Assembly (NCBI GenBank): GCA_965199855.1
Contig: OZ241326.1
Coordinates: 1,600,001 to 1,664,000, forward strand
Direction: 5' to 3'
Length of the DNA stretch: 64,000 nt
From: a bacterium
Lineage (GTDB): Bacteria; UBA8248
A model generated the notes under the pieces. That model made no database searches and was not told where the DNA came from. It saw nothing but the letters and a program-made list of their open reading frames with translations. Below are positions 19,143 to 28,534 of this stretch, piece by piece (the first letter of the stretch is position 1; every line of letters begins with the position of its first letter). The position numbers and the translations under genes were made by a program.

Positions 19143-21692
19143 TCATCCCCAGGTCAGCAAGTGCAGGCTCAGGGGATGAACGAGGTGCGGATGGTGGGGC
19201 ACCGCGCGAACCGATACGCCGTGCGCGCCCGTCCTCCGGCACTCGATCTCTCCGCGGAAGCGGTAGAGTCCTTCTCCCAGGTCTTCGGCGAAGGCCATGG
19301 GGGAGGCGACCCCTCCGGCGAGCCGGTTCTCCTCCTTCATGGCCCCCTCGTAAATCTCGAGGCGAACCTCCTCCGGGGAGAGCCTGCCGAGCGAGGCTTC
19401 CGCCTCGACGCTTATTTTCGTTCCCAGCGGGACGACGCCGTTTCGCTCCATCGAGATGCGCGTAATCTCAACGTCCGGCCACGCTTCGCGCGCGCGCTCC
19501 TTCCACTCGTGAAGCGCCTTGGCGGGCGCCCTCTCGTCCGCCATGAGGCGCGCGTGATGCGCTCCCAGGGGCAGATAGAATTTTTCGGCGTATTCGCGCA
19601 CCATCCGCGTCGTATTGAAGTATGGGCAGAGGGACTGGAGGGAGCGCTTGATCATGGCGAGCCAGCGGTAGGGAACGCCTCCCTCGCTTCGCTCGTAGAA
19701 AAGGGGAACGGCGGACTGCTCGAGAATGTTGAACAGGCTCTCGCACTCCATCTCGTCCTGGTAGCCGGGGTCGTCATACGCCTCCGGGCCGCCGATGGCC
19801 CACCCCAGGCCGCTCTCGTAGCCCTCCGCCCACCAGCCGTCCAGGATGCTCAGGTTCAGGGCGCCGTTGGCGGCGGCCTTCATGCCGCTCGTCCCGCTCG
19901 CCTCCTGCGGGCGGCGGGGATTGTTGAGCCACAGGTCCACCCCCTGCACGAGCTGCCGCGCGACGTGGATGTCGTAATCCTCTACGAATACGAGCTTCTC
20001 CTGCGCGTTTTCCCTTCGGGCGAACTGGATGAGCTCACGGATGAAGCTCTTGCCTTCCATGTCCCGCGGGTGCGCCTTTCCGGCGAATATGATTTGAACG
20101 GGTCTCTCCTCGTTCGTGAGGAGGGAGACGAGCCGCTCGGGCCTTTTGAGCAGGAGGGTGGCGCGCTTGTAGGTGGCGAAGCGCCGCGCGAATCCTATCG
20201 TCAGCGCCTTGGGGTCGAGGAATACGGCGGGGTCGGAGTGGCCGCCGCTCCCCAGATGCCTCTTGCGGGCGTGCTCGCGGCAGAAATGAATGAGCCGCTC
20301 GCGGTTTTTCTCCTTGATGGCCCAGAGTTCGCCCTCCGGAATGTGGGCGGCGCGCTCCCACGTTTCGGGGGCGTCCGTCTCGTCCGGCCAGGCGTCGCCC
20401 AGGCAGCGGTCGAAGAGCCCCTTCATATCGGCGGATATCCAGGTGGGGAAGTGGACGCCGTTTGTGACGGAGTCGATGGGCACGTCTCCCTCCGGCGCTT
20501 CGGGCCACATGGAATGCCACATTTTGCGGGAGACTTCTCCGTGAAGTTTGCTGACGCCGTTCGCCGCCGAGGAGAGGCGCAGCGCCAGGACGGCCATGTT
20601 GAAGGGCTCCTCCCGGTGGCCGGGATGAATCCGCCCAAGGTTGAGAAAGTCGTCCCAGCCCATCGAGAGGGATTCCGCGTAGGCGCGAAAGTATTTTTCC
20701 ATCAGATCGGGCGGAAAAATGTCGATGCCCGCCGGAACGGGCGTGTGCGTCGTGAAGATGTTGCCGGCCGATGTCAGCTCCCGGGCGGCGCCGGCGTCGA
20801 TGCCGAACTTCTCCATCGAGAAGCGGATTCTCTCGAGGGCCAGAAAGGCGGAGTGCCCTTCGTTCATGTGGCAGACCACGGGCGGGAGGTTCAGCTTGTG
20901 GAGCAGCCTCACGCCGCCGATGCCGAGCAGTATCTCCTGGCGAATCCGCGTTTCCATGTCCCCGCCGTAGAGCGCCAGGGTGATTTCGCGCAGCGAGGGC
21001 GCGTTTTCGGGAATGTTGGCGTCCATGAAGTAGATCGGGTTGCGGCCCACCTGCACGCGCCATATCTGCGCGGTGAGCAGTCCGTCGGGATAGTCCACTT
21101 CCACCGTAAGGGGCGCGCCGCTCTCGTCGCGCTCGAGGTGAAGGGGCATGTGGGGAAACGTGTTGTGCGGGTAGCGTTCGTGCTGCCAGCCGTCGGGGCC
21201 GAGCTGCTGACGGAAATATCCCTGGCCATAGAGAAGGCCGACGCCGATGAGGGGCAGCCCCAGGTCGCTGGCCGACTTCATATGGTCGCCGGCCAGGATG
21301 CCCAGACCGCCCGAGTAGCTGGGCACGGATTCCGTCAGCCCGAACTCCATGCCGAAGTAGGCGATGCGCAAATCGGCGCTTTTCCGGCTGTCGGGCAGGT
21401 TTTGGTACCAAGAGGGTTTTTGGAGATATTCGCGAAGCTCATGCAGCACGCCTCTCATTTCGCCGAGAAAGCCCTCGTCCCTCGCCGCTTCGTCGAGCCG
21501 CTCCTGCGAGACGCGCCGCAGCATCCTGACGGGATTGTAGTAGCATTGCTCCCACTCGGCTTCGTCCAGCCGGCTGAACAGCGCCCGCGCGCGATGGTTC
21601 CAGTCGAAGGCGACGTTGCCGGCGATCTCCTCGAGTTCCCCCAGCTCGGGAGGAATGTTGGGCACTACCTGAAATGAAAGCACGGTGGTCAT
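19143..21692 (-). CDS. glgP: Alpha-glucan (glycogen) phosphorylase
   Basis: YSGGLGILAGDH, HMNEGH, GFARRFATYKRA and the PLP-lysine motif EASGTSGMK. Confidence 0.96.
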   Translation of the reverse strand: MTTVLSFQVVPNIPPELGELEEIAGNVAFDWNHRARALFSRLDEAEWEQCYYNPVRMLRRVSQERLDEAARDEGFLGEMRGVLHELREYLQKPSWYQNLPDSRKSADLRIAYFGMEFGLTESVPSYSGGLGILAGDHMKSASDLGLPLIGVGLLYGQGYFRQQLGPDGWQHERYPHNTFPHMPLHLERDESGAPLTVEVDYPDGLLTAQIWRVQVGRNPIYFMDANIPENAPSLREITLALYGGDMETRIRQEILLGIGGVRLLHKLNLPPVVCHMNEGHSAFLALERIRFSMEKFGIDAGAARELTSAGNIFTTHTPVPAGIDIFPPDLMEKYFRAYAESLSMGWDDFLNLGRIHPGHREEPFNMAVLALRLSSAANGVSKLHGEVSRKMWHSMWPEAPEGDVPIDSVTNGVHFPTWISADMKGLFDRCLGDAWPDETDAPETWERAAHIPEGELWAIKEKNRERLIHFCREHARKRHLGSGGHSDPAVFLDPKALTIGFARRFATYKRATLLLKRPERLVSLLTNEERPVQIIFAGKAHPRDMEGKSFIRELIQFARRENAQEKLVFVEDYDIHVARQLVQGVDLWLNNPRRPQEASGTSGMKAAANGALNLSILDGWWAEGYESGLGWAIGGPEAYDDPGYQDEMECESLFNILEQSAVPLFYERSEGGVPYRWLAMIKRSLQSLCPYFNTTRMVREYAEKFYLPLGAHHARLMADERAPAKALHEWKERAREAWPDVEITRISMERNGVVPLGTKISVEAEASLGRLSPEEVRLEIYEGAMKEENRLAGGVASPMAFAEDLGEGLYRFRGEIECRRTGAHGVSVRAVPHHPHLVHPLSLHLLTWG

Positions 21693-21761
21693 GTTTTATT
21701 TCCGATAAGGGTCATGGCTTCCGTCCATGCCGCGCGGGCTCTCCGGCGAGCGGGGACCGAA

Positions 21762-22166
21762 TCATTCGGCCAGCCCGTAGGCGCCTTTTTCCCTGAGCGC
21801 CAAGTTGGGGCCCGGCGGAGAATATAAAACCACATATTTGAGCGGCGCGTCACCCGTGCTTGATATTTGGTGCATCTTCCCCGGCGGCACGAAGACCGCG
21901 TCTCCCGGCGCGACGGGGATTTTCTCTCCTTCGATGTTCATTATCCCCGCTCCGCTGATGACGTAGAAGGCGTGCTCCTCGGCGTCGTGCTTGTGGGCGG
22001 TGGAGGTGAGGCCCGGATCGAACTCGTTGACGAGCAGGGCGAACTGTTTTGCGCCCACGCTTTGCTCGTCGAGCAGAATCCGGAACACGCTCCTGCCGCC
22101 GGGGACGGGCAGAGTTCCGCTGGCGGTTTCGCTCTCGCGCACGCGCAAGGATTTCTTGTCGCTCAT
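21762..22166 (-). CDS. Cupin domain protein
   Basis: HxHxxEE...YVISG and PGDAVFVPPGKMH cupin motifs. Confidence 0.85.
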   Translation of the reverse strand: MSDKKSLRVRESETASGTLPVPGGRSVFRILLDEQSVGAKQFALLVNEFDPGLTSTAHKHDAEEHAFYVISGAGIMNIEGEKIPVAPGDAVFVPPGKMHQISSTGDAPLKYVVLYSPPGPNLALREKGAYGLAE

Positions 22167-22182
22167 GGAGGCTCCTTATGGC

Positions 22183-23004
22183 TCATGGCGGCCCTTCGCC
22201 GCGCTGTCGATACATGTGGTCGAGCGGCCCTCTGCCGCTTCCGATGGCCAGCGAGTTCTCGATGGCGCCCTGAATGTAGCGCTTCGCCCGCCTCGCCGCC
22301 TCGGTGGTCGTATCTCCCAGGGCCAGGCCTGCGGCGATGGCCGAGGACAGCGTGCATCCCGTCCCGTGCGTGTGCGGGGTGTCGATTCGTCTGCCCTCCA
22401 GGATGATCTCCTCTTCTCCGTCGAAGAAAACGTCCGCCGCTCCATCGGTAATGTGCCCCCCTTTGAGAAGGACGCGCGCGGCGCCGCGCTCGCGCAGCAT
22501 CCGGGCGGCGTCCTTCATGTCCGCCAGATTCCGGATTTCCCTGAACCCGAGAACGTCGCGCGCCTCCTCGGTGTTGGGGGTGACGATCTCCGCCAGGGGA
22601 AAGAGCTTTTCGACGAGCGCCTCTCTCGCGTCGGGCGCCAGAAGCGGATCGCCGCTTTTCGCCACCATCACCGGGTCGAGTACGACGCGCGCCAGCTCAT
22701 GCGCCGTCAGCTTCTTGGCGACGATCTCAATGACCTCGACCGTTGCGAGCATCCCGATTTTGACGCTCGCCACTTCGAGGTCGGAGCATATCGAGTCGAA
22801 CTGCGCGCCGATGAAGTCGGGCGGCGCGCCGTGTACTCCCTGCACGCCCACGGTGTTTTGGGCCGTCAGCGCGGTGATGACCGAAGCGCCATAGACGCCG
22901 AACGCGCTGAAAGTCTTGAGATCGGCCTGAACGCCTGCGCCGCCGCCCGAATCCGAACCGGCTATCGTCATGGCGACGGGCGGAACCGCCCGGGGTTCTC
23001 TCAC
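22183..23004 (-). CDS. thiD: Hydroxymethylpyrimidine/phosphomethylpyrimidine kinase
   Basis: TIAGSDSGGGAGVQADLKT, DPVMVAKSG and THGTGCTLS motifs; start GTG 23004 or ATG 22971. Confidence 0.95.
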   Translation of the reverse strand: MREPRAVPPVAMTIAGSDSGGGAGVQADLKTFSAFGVYGASVITALTAQNTVGVQGVHGAPPDFIGAQFDSICSDLEVASVKIGMLATVEVIEIVAKKLTAHELARVVLDPVMVAKSGDPLLAPDAREALVEKLFPLAEIVTPNTEEARDVLGFREIRNLADMKDAARMLRERGAARVLLKGGHITDGAADVFFDGEEEIILEGRRIDTPHTHGTGCTLSSAIAAGLALGDTTTEAARRAKRYIQGAIENSLAIGSGRGPLDHMYRQRGEGPP

Positions 23005-23123
23005 GTTCGCTTCTCCCGTTCGCGCCGCATTATTATAGGCCGATGCGCCATGGGAATGTAGCACGGGAGCATGACGGGAGTATGCCGGGCGCACAGGGAG
23101 CGGAAAATTTCTGAAATTCGGGA

Positions 23124-23156
23124 ATTCTTGACAATTTTATTCAGGAATTATAGTCT
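23124..23156 (+). promoter_or_regulatory. Sigma70 promoter of the cysK operon overlapped by an IscR/Rrf2-type palindromic operator
   Basis: TTGACA (23128-23133), 17 nt, then TAGTCT (23151-23156). The imperfect palindrome ATTCTTGACAATTTTATTCAGGAAT spans 23124-23148. Confidence 0.75.
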
Positions 23157-23208
23157 CCCGTTGGGTCGGATTTTGGCGAAAAACGAAGATATTGTGAAGG
23201 GGGTTTTC

Positions 23209-24168
23209 ATGGCGACCGGCGTCAGGGGCCGCCCACCCCGGATATTGAGGGCGCTTCCGTCGTTGCTCGACCGCGTCGGGGGGACGAGCCTCGCCCAGCT
23301 GCGGCGCCTGCCCGATTCGTCCGGCGCGCGCGTGTTCGCCAAACTGGAGCAATACAACCCCGGTGGAAGCGTGAAGGATCGCATCGCGCTCAGCATGGTG
23401 CTGGACGCCGAGCGGCGCGGTCTCCTCAAGCCAGGCGGAACGATCGTCGAGCCCACGAGCGGCAATACGGGCATCGGCCTCGCGCTCATCGGCGCCATTC
23501 GCGGCTACAGGACGATCATCGTCCTGAGCAAGAGCATGAGCCACGAGCGCCACTCCCTGCTCACGGGCTACGGGGCGGAGGTGGTGTTCAGCTCGAGCGA
23601 GGGCGGCATGTATGGATCGGTCGTGAAGGCGGAGGCGCTTTTGGCGGAAAATCCAGATTATTTCATGCCCCAGCAGTTCAACAACCCGGCCAACCCGGAG
23701 ATTCATCGCAGAACCACGGCGCGGGAGATATTGCGCGACATGGGGGCGGAATCCATAGGCGCCTTCGTGGCGGGCGTGGGGACGGGCGGCACCATAACGG
23801 GCGTGGGCGAGGTCTTGAAGGAGAGGCGGCCGGACACCCTGGTCGTCGCCGTGGAACCCGCGGCTTCCCCCGTTCTCTCCGGCGGAGAGCCGGGCCCGCA
23901 CCAGATACAGGGGATTGGCGCGGGCTTCCTTCCCGGCGTGCTGAATCGGGAGATCATCGACGAGGTGGAGCAGGTCGCCGATGAGGACGCCTACCGGACG
24001 AGCAAGGCCCTGAGCCGGGAGGAAGGCATGGCGGCGGGCATTTCGGCGGGCGCGGCCGTTTGCGCGGCCCTGCGCGCGGCCAGCCGCATGAATCCCGATG
24101 AGAACGTGGTGGTCATCATACCTGATGGCTGGGAGAGGTATTATAGTCTGGAGCAGCAGTTCCGCTAG
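23209..24168 (+). CDS. cysK: Cysteine synthase A
   Basis: [14 protein letters not shown] lysine, [23 protein letters not shown] and [11 protein letters not shown] motifs. Confidence 0.93.
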   Translation: MATGVRGRPPRILRALPSLLDRVGGTSLAQLRRLPDSSGARVFAKLEQYNPGGSVKDRIALSMVLDAERRGLLKPGGTIVEPTSGNTGIGLALIGAIRGYRTIIVLSKSMSHERHSLLTGYGAEVVFSSSEGGMYGSVVKAEALLAENPDYFMPQQFNNPANPEIHRRTTAREILRDMGAESIGAFVAGVGTGGTITGVGEVLKERRPDTLVVAVEPAASPVLSGGEPGPHQIQGIGAGFLPGVLNREIIDEVEQVADEDAYRTSKALSREEGMAAGISAGAAVCAALRAASRMNPDENVVVIIPDGWERYYSLEQQFR

Positions 24169-24220
24169 ATGGTTTATCTTGTTTCTCCCCGAAGCGGGGT
24201 TTTCAGATCAGGAGACGGAA

Positions 24221-24499
24221 ATGGCGGTAACGGTTCGTATTCCTACACCCTTGCAGGAGTTCACCCAGCAGCAGGACGCCGTGGAGATCGAAGGCGGAAG
24301 CGTCGGGGAGGTGCTTGAGGCTCTCGACAGCCGGTTTTCGGGCATTCGCCAGCGCCTTTACGACGATGAGGGCAAACTGCGCCGTTTCGTGAACATCTAT
24401 GTGAACCAGGAGGACATCCGCTTCCTCCAGGGCGAGGGAACGGCGGTGAGCGACGGGGACGAGGTATCCATCGTGCCGGCCATCGCGGGCGGCGTGTAG
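24221..24499 (+). CDS. MoaD/ThiS-family ubiquitin-like sulfur carrier (CysO-like), C-terminus GG-V
   Basis: [11 protein letters not shown]...[16 protein letters not shown]...[15 protein letters not shown]; GGAG RBS upstream. Confidence 0.92.
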   Translation: MAVTVRIPTPLQEFTQQQDAVEIEGGSVGEVLEALDSRFSGIRQRLYDDEGKLRRFVNIYVNQEDIRFLQGEGTAVSDGDEVSIVPAIAGGV

Positions 24500-24668
24500 C
24501 CGTCCCTGCGACATTTCGGGAACAGAGGAGGCTCTTTGGCTTCAGCGGATACGGTGGGGTCGACCGCGCAGGCCCGTTTTGATCGTTCGCGCGGCTCGCC
24601 GGAAGCGGGCGCGCGCGCTTCCTGAAAACCGAAAGCAGAAGGGTTTTCAGGACCAAGGAACGAGGGCC

Positions 24669-25634
24669 ATGACGATGGTCGAATCGACGGTGGAGAAGCC
24701 CGGAAGCGCGTTCAGGCGCTTGGAGGACTCCGCAATCATCAACTGCGTCGGCGGCACCCCCCTGCTCCGCGTCCGGCTGTTCGAGAGCGAGTTTCCGGGG
24801 GTCGAGGTCTACGCCAAGGCGGAATGGTTCAACCCGGGCGGCTCGGTGAAGGATCGGCCCGCGCTCTTCATGGTGAAGGACGGGCTGGAATCGGGCCGCC
24901 TGCGTCCGGGCAGGACGCTTCTCGATTCCACGAGCGGAAACACGGGCATCGCCTACGCCATGATCGGGGCCGCGCTGGGGATTCCGGTTCGCCTCGTTCT
25001 TCCGGCGAACGCGAGCGAGGAGCGCAAGGCTACCTTGAAGGGCTACGGCGCAGACGTGGTGTATTCTGACCCGATGGAAGGCTCGGACGGCGCGCAGCGC
25101 CTCGCGGCGAGAATGTCCCGGGACGAGCCTGAGAAATACTTTTTGCCGTGTCAGTATGACAACCCGGCCAACCCGCTCGCCCATGAGGAAACCACGGCGG
25201 TGGAAATCCTGGAGCAGACCGACGGGCGCGTCGCGCATTTCGTCGCGGGGCTGGGCACGACGGGCACCCTGGTGGGCACGGGACGCGGCCTGAAAAAGCG
25301 CAAGCCGGACGTCGCCGTTCACGCGGTGATGCCCTCCGAGTCGTTTCACGGCCTGGAGGGAATGAAGCACATACCTACGGCCATTCGCCCGGGGATTTAC
25401 GATGAGAACGCGCACGATGAGCTGATTCTGGCGGGCACCGAGGAAAGCTACGACCTGGCCGACCGGGCGGCGAGGGAGGAAGGCCTTTTCATCGGACGCT
25501 CGGCCGGAGCCGCGCTGGTGGGCGTCCGCGAGGTGGCGAGGCGGATGGGGAAGGGCGTCGTCGTCACCCTGTTTCCCGACGGCGGGGACAGGTATCTGAG
25601 CGAGGCGCGCCAAGGGGGCTCGGCTTGCGCTTGA
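24669..25634 (+). CDS. cysM: Second PLP cysteine synthase (CysM-like, probably sulfur-carrier dependent)
   Basis: [32 protein letters not shown] and HGLEGMKH motifs; flanked by the sulfur carrier and JAMM genes. Confidence 0.85.
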   Translation: MTMVESTVEKPGSAFRRLEDSAIINCVGGTPLLRVRLFESEFPGVEVYAKAEWFNPGGSVKDRPALFMVKDGLESGRLRPGRTLLDSTSGNTGIAYAMIGAALGIPVRLVLPANASEERKATLKGYGADVVYSDPMEGSDGAQRLAARMSRDEPEKYFLPCQYDNPANPLAHEETTAVEILEQTDGRVAHFVAGLGTTGTLVGTGRGLKKRKPDVAVHAVMPSESFHGLEGMKHIPTAIRPGIYDENAHDELILAGTEESYDLADRAAREEGLFIGRSAGAALVGVREVARRMGKGVVVTLFPDGGDRYLSEARQGGSACA

Positions 25635-26113
25635 CCCGCGAACAGGTGGAGGCGATGCACAGGCACGCGCGCGAGGCCTATCCCGATGAATGCTGCGGCC
25701 TGATTCTCGGCGCGCCGCGCGCGGAAGAGGGCGCGGGCTTCCGCCTTTTGCCTTGCAGGAACGTCCAGAACGAGATGCACGAGAAGGACCCCGAAGGGTA
25801 TCCCCGAACGGCGCGGCGCGCTTTTCTGATCGATCCGTTCGAGTTCGAGCGCATCCTCAAAGGAGCGAGAGAGGCGGGCGAGGTGGTTCGCGGCGTCTTC
25901 CACAGCCATCCGGACGAGGACGCCTATTTTTCGCGTGAGGACGAGGCGGCGGCGCTTCCTTTCGGGGACCGCCCCTCGTTCCCGGAGGCGGAGCATGTCG
26001 TCATGAGCGTGCGCGAGGGCGTGGTGCGCGGTCAGAAAGTGTTCGTCTGGGACGGGGAGCGCAAAAGCTTTCTCGAAAGCGAGCTGGAGATAGCGGAGGA
26101 GACGGGCGCGTGA
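25625..26113 (+). CDS. JAMM/MPN+ (M67) metallopeptidase, Mec-like
   Basis: YPDECCG and FHSHPDEDAYFSRED match the E...HxH-x7-S-x2-D JAMM motif. Confidence 0.92.
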   Translation: MRLTREQVEAMHRHAREAYPDECCGLILGAPRAEEGAGFRLLPCRNVQNEMHEKDPEGYPRTARRAFLIDPFEFERILKGAREAGEVVRGVFHSHPDEDAYFSREDEAAALPFGDRPSFPEAEHVVMSVREGVVRGQKVFVWDGERKSFLESELEIAEETGA

Positions 26114-26237
26114 GCCGCTTGGGTGCTCCCGCGGCCTCGGCCGCGCGGGCCGGCCGCCGCAAGGCGAAGCCCCGTGCGGGGCGAGAATCGTCCGCTCAAC
26201 GGACGGCGCGGGAGCGCCCGATGGAAGGACGCCGCCG

Positions 26238-26696
26238 ATGAAGATATCGACCAAGGGACGCTACGCCGTGCTCGCCATGATAGAGCTGGCCAGGCATTCG
26301 CAAACCCACCCCGTCCCCCTGCCCCAGATAGCCGGCAAGCTGAAGATCAGCCAGCACTACCTGGAGCAGCTGTTCGTGAAGATGCGCCGCGCCTCCCTGG
26401 TGAGCAGCGCGAGAGGGCCGGGCGGCGGCTACATTCTCGCGCTGCCCCCGTCCGAGATCAACATGCGGGACGTTCTGTTCGCGGTGGGGGAGACGGTGCA
26501 GCCGGTGGACTGCGGAGAGGCGGCCCCTTCGGTTCCGTGCCCGAACATCCCGGCTTGCAGCAGCCGCATTCTGTGGAAGAAGCTCGAAGACGCGATAGAC
26601 AGGACGCTCAGGGAAACCACTCTGGAGGAATTGAGCGCCCTCCCGGCCGGGGAGAGGAAAAGCGTCTGCCTGCCCAGTTTTCAGGTGAGCATCTAG
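26238..26696 (+). CDS. Rrf2-family transcriptional regulator (IscR/CymR-like, 3 Cys)
   Basis: MKISTKGRYAV, YLEQLF and RGPGGGY motifs, with C-x8-C-x5-C in the C-terminal half. Confidence 0.93.
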   Translation: MKISTKGRYAVLAMIELARHSQTHPVPLPQIAGKLKISQHYLEQLFVKMRRASLVSSARGPGGGYILALPPSEINMRDVLFAVGETVQPVDCGEAAPSVPCPNIPACSSRILWKKLEDAIDRTLRETTLEELSALPAGERKSVCLPSFQVSI

Positions 26697-26914
26697 CGAT
26701 ACGCCGCGATGGTTCGGGTTTCTTTCGCGCTTTCCTTTTCGCCCATGAATCGCGCGCTTCATCCGTCGCCGCGCCTTCCATCCAGCGAGGAGAAAAGGCA
26801 GGTCGCCTGAACCCGCGCGCGCCGCCTTGATGGGCCTGGGACGCCGGGCCGGCGCGCGCGCCGACGCCGCGTTGCGGGGCGGGCGAATCCTCCGGGATAC
26901 TCCCGGGCGTCCGC

Positions 26915-27598
26915 TCAATCGTCCGGGTTGGGTTCGGGAAACGTCTCCGGCCAGTTGTCTATCAGCGCCTGGAGATACGCCTTCATTTTCCGGCCGTCGC
27001 CACGCACCGATTTTCTGATCTTCGCCACCTCGCTCTCGTCCTCGATAGGAATGCCGAACGAATCCATGAAGCGGTTCATCATGCCCTGCTTGCCGCTCAT
27101 CAGGGACATCTCGACGATTTCGCCGTCGGTGAAATGCTTTTTCACCTCGTCGAGCGCGCCGGGGTTCTCTCGCGCGGTGTTTTTCGTAAAATGCTCCGCC
27201 CAGAGGCAGGCGGCGCGCTCGCGCGGACTCAAGGCGGGAGAGGTCATATAGTCGTCCGAGGCGATCGCCCCGATTTGCTCGTCGGTGAGGCCCGTCGCTT
27301 GACCAAGCGCCGTGTTGTGCGCGATTCAGTAGGCGCAGGCGTTCACGAAGCTCGTCTTGAGGACGACGATTTCCTTGATCCGGCACGTCAGAAGCCCGCC
27401 CATGCCCTCGCGCTGGAGGGTGGCGTTGAAGGGCAGGTAGAGCCGCGCGACGTAGGGCGTGTTCGCCATGGCGAGCGCCGAGTTGGGGATGCGGCCCAGA
27501 AACTCGCGCGTCGCTTCAAAGAAGCGGGCCACGTCGCCCGCGGCCTCTCCGGGGTCGAGCATCTCGATTCTGCTTGTCTGTTGCGCCTGGTTCGTCAT
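26915..27598 (-). CDS. AhpD/carboxymuconolactone-decarboxylase family protein with in-frame TGA (probable selenocysteine, CAYU)
   Basis: The supplied ORFs 27326..27610 and 26915..27247 are in the same frame, joined across a single TGA (27326-27328): ...KTSFVNACAY-TGA-IAHNTALGQATGLTDEQI... GAGGA RBS precedes ATG 27598. Confidence 0.85.
27293..27312 (-). promoter_or_regulatory. Bacterial SECIS-like hairpin
   Basis: mRNA CGG-CGCUU-GGUC-AAGCG-ACG; the apical loop starts 22 nt after UGA and begins with GG. Confidence 0.7.
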
Positions 27599-27819
27599 GG
27601 GGTTCCTCAATGCGGGCTTCGGGAGGTTTTCGGGGCGATGAGGGATTATAGAAAACCTCGTCTCCCTTGGGAAACGGGGGCCGCGTCGGATGAAGCGCGC
27701 TTCCGGCGCGGGCTGAGCGGGAGCCGCGCGGTCGCCGTATGCGCGTAGCGCGTCGTTTTGTTAGAATCCATCGTCCCGCTCTTTCGCGCGAGAGCCGCTG
27801 ACTCTGAAGGGAGACCCGC

Positions 27820-28464
27820 ATGGCGGATTTTGATATCGAGATGACGGACAAACTTTTGTCCACAACGCGCTCCGTGAGGAAGCGCCTGGATTTCGACCGT
27901 GGGCTGCAGACCGGGAGCGTGATGGATTGCCTCGAGCTCGCGCTTCAGGCGCCCACAGGGTCGAACCGGCAGGGCTGGCGCTGGATCGTGGTGACGGATG
28001 AGGGCCTGCGCCGGGAACTCGGGCGCATCTACCGCAAGGGCGCCGGAGATTATCTGAAGCAGGGCATGGCGCAGGCGCGGGAGAGCGCATCCGCGCAGAA
28101 CGAGCGGGTGTTCGATTCCGCCATCTATCTGGCCGAGAATATCGAACGAGCCCCCGTTCACGTGATTCCCTGCATCCGGGCCGAGCTGCCCGAGAATCCG
28201 CCGAGATTCATGTGGGCCGGCCTTCTGGGCTCCATCCTGCCGGCGGTGTGGAGCTTTCAACTGGCGCTCAGATCGCGCGGACTGGGTTCCGTGTTCACCA
28301 CCCTGCATCTGCGCTGCGAGGCGGAGGCGGCCGCCCTGCTGGGCGTGCCGGACGACTTCATGCAGGCGGCGCTCGTTCCGGTGGCCTGGACGCTGGGGAC
28401 GAACTTCAGTCCCGCCGCGCGCCGCCCGCTCAATGAGGTTGTCCACGTGGACGGCTGGGGCTGA
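27820..28464 (+). CDS. Nitroreductase family protein
   Basis: LSTTRSVRKRL, QAPTGSNRQGWRW and LALRSRGLGS motifs. Confidence 0.9.
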   Translation: MADFDIEMTDKLLSTTRSVRKRLDFDRGLQTGSVMDCLELALQAPTGSNRQGWRWIVVTDEGLRRELGRIYRKGAGDYLKQGMAQARESASAQNERVFDSAIYLAENIERAPVHVIPCIRAELPENPPRFMWAGLLGSILPAVWSFQLALRSRGLGSVFTTLHLRCEAEAAALLGVPDDFMQAALVPVAWTLGTNFSPAARRPLNEVVHVDGWG

Positions 28465-28534
28465 TTTTCACGAGGCGCAACGATGGCTCCGTTCTGGTTT
28501 CGGCGCACGCACCAGAGCGGCGGGGGAATGAAGC

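Noticed and set aside
23005-23110. TPP riboswitch upstream of thiD (also checked upstream of the thiO-like gene)
   Set aside because: No CTGAGA...ACCTG core was found.
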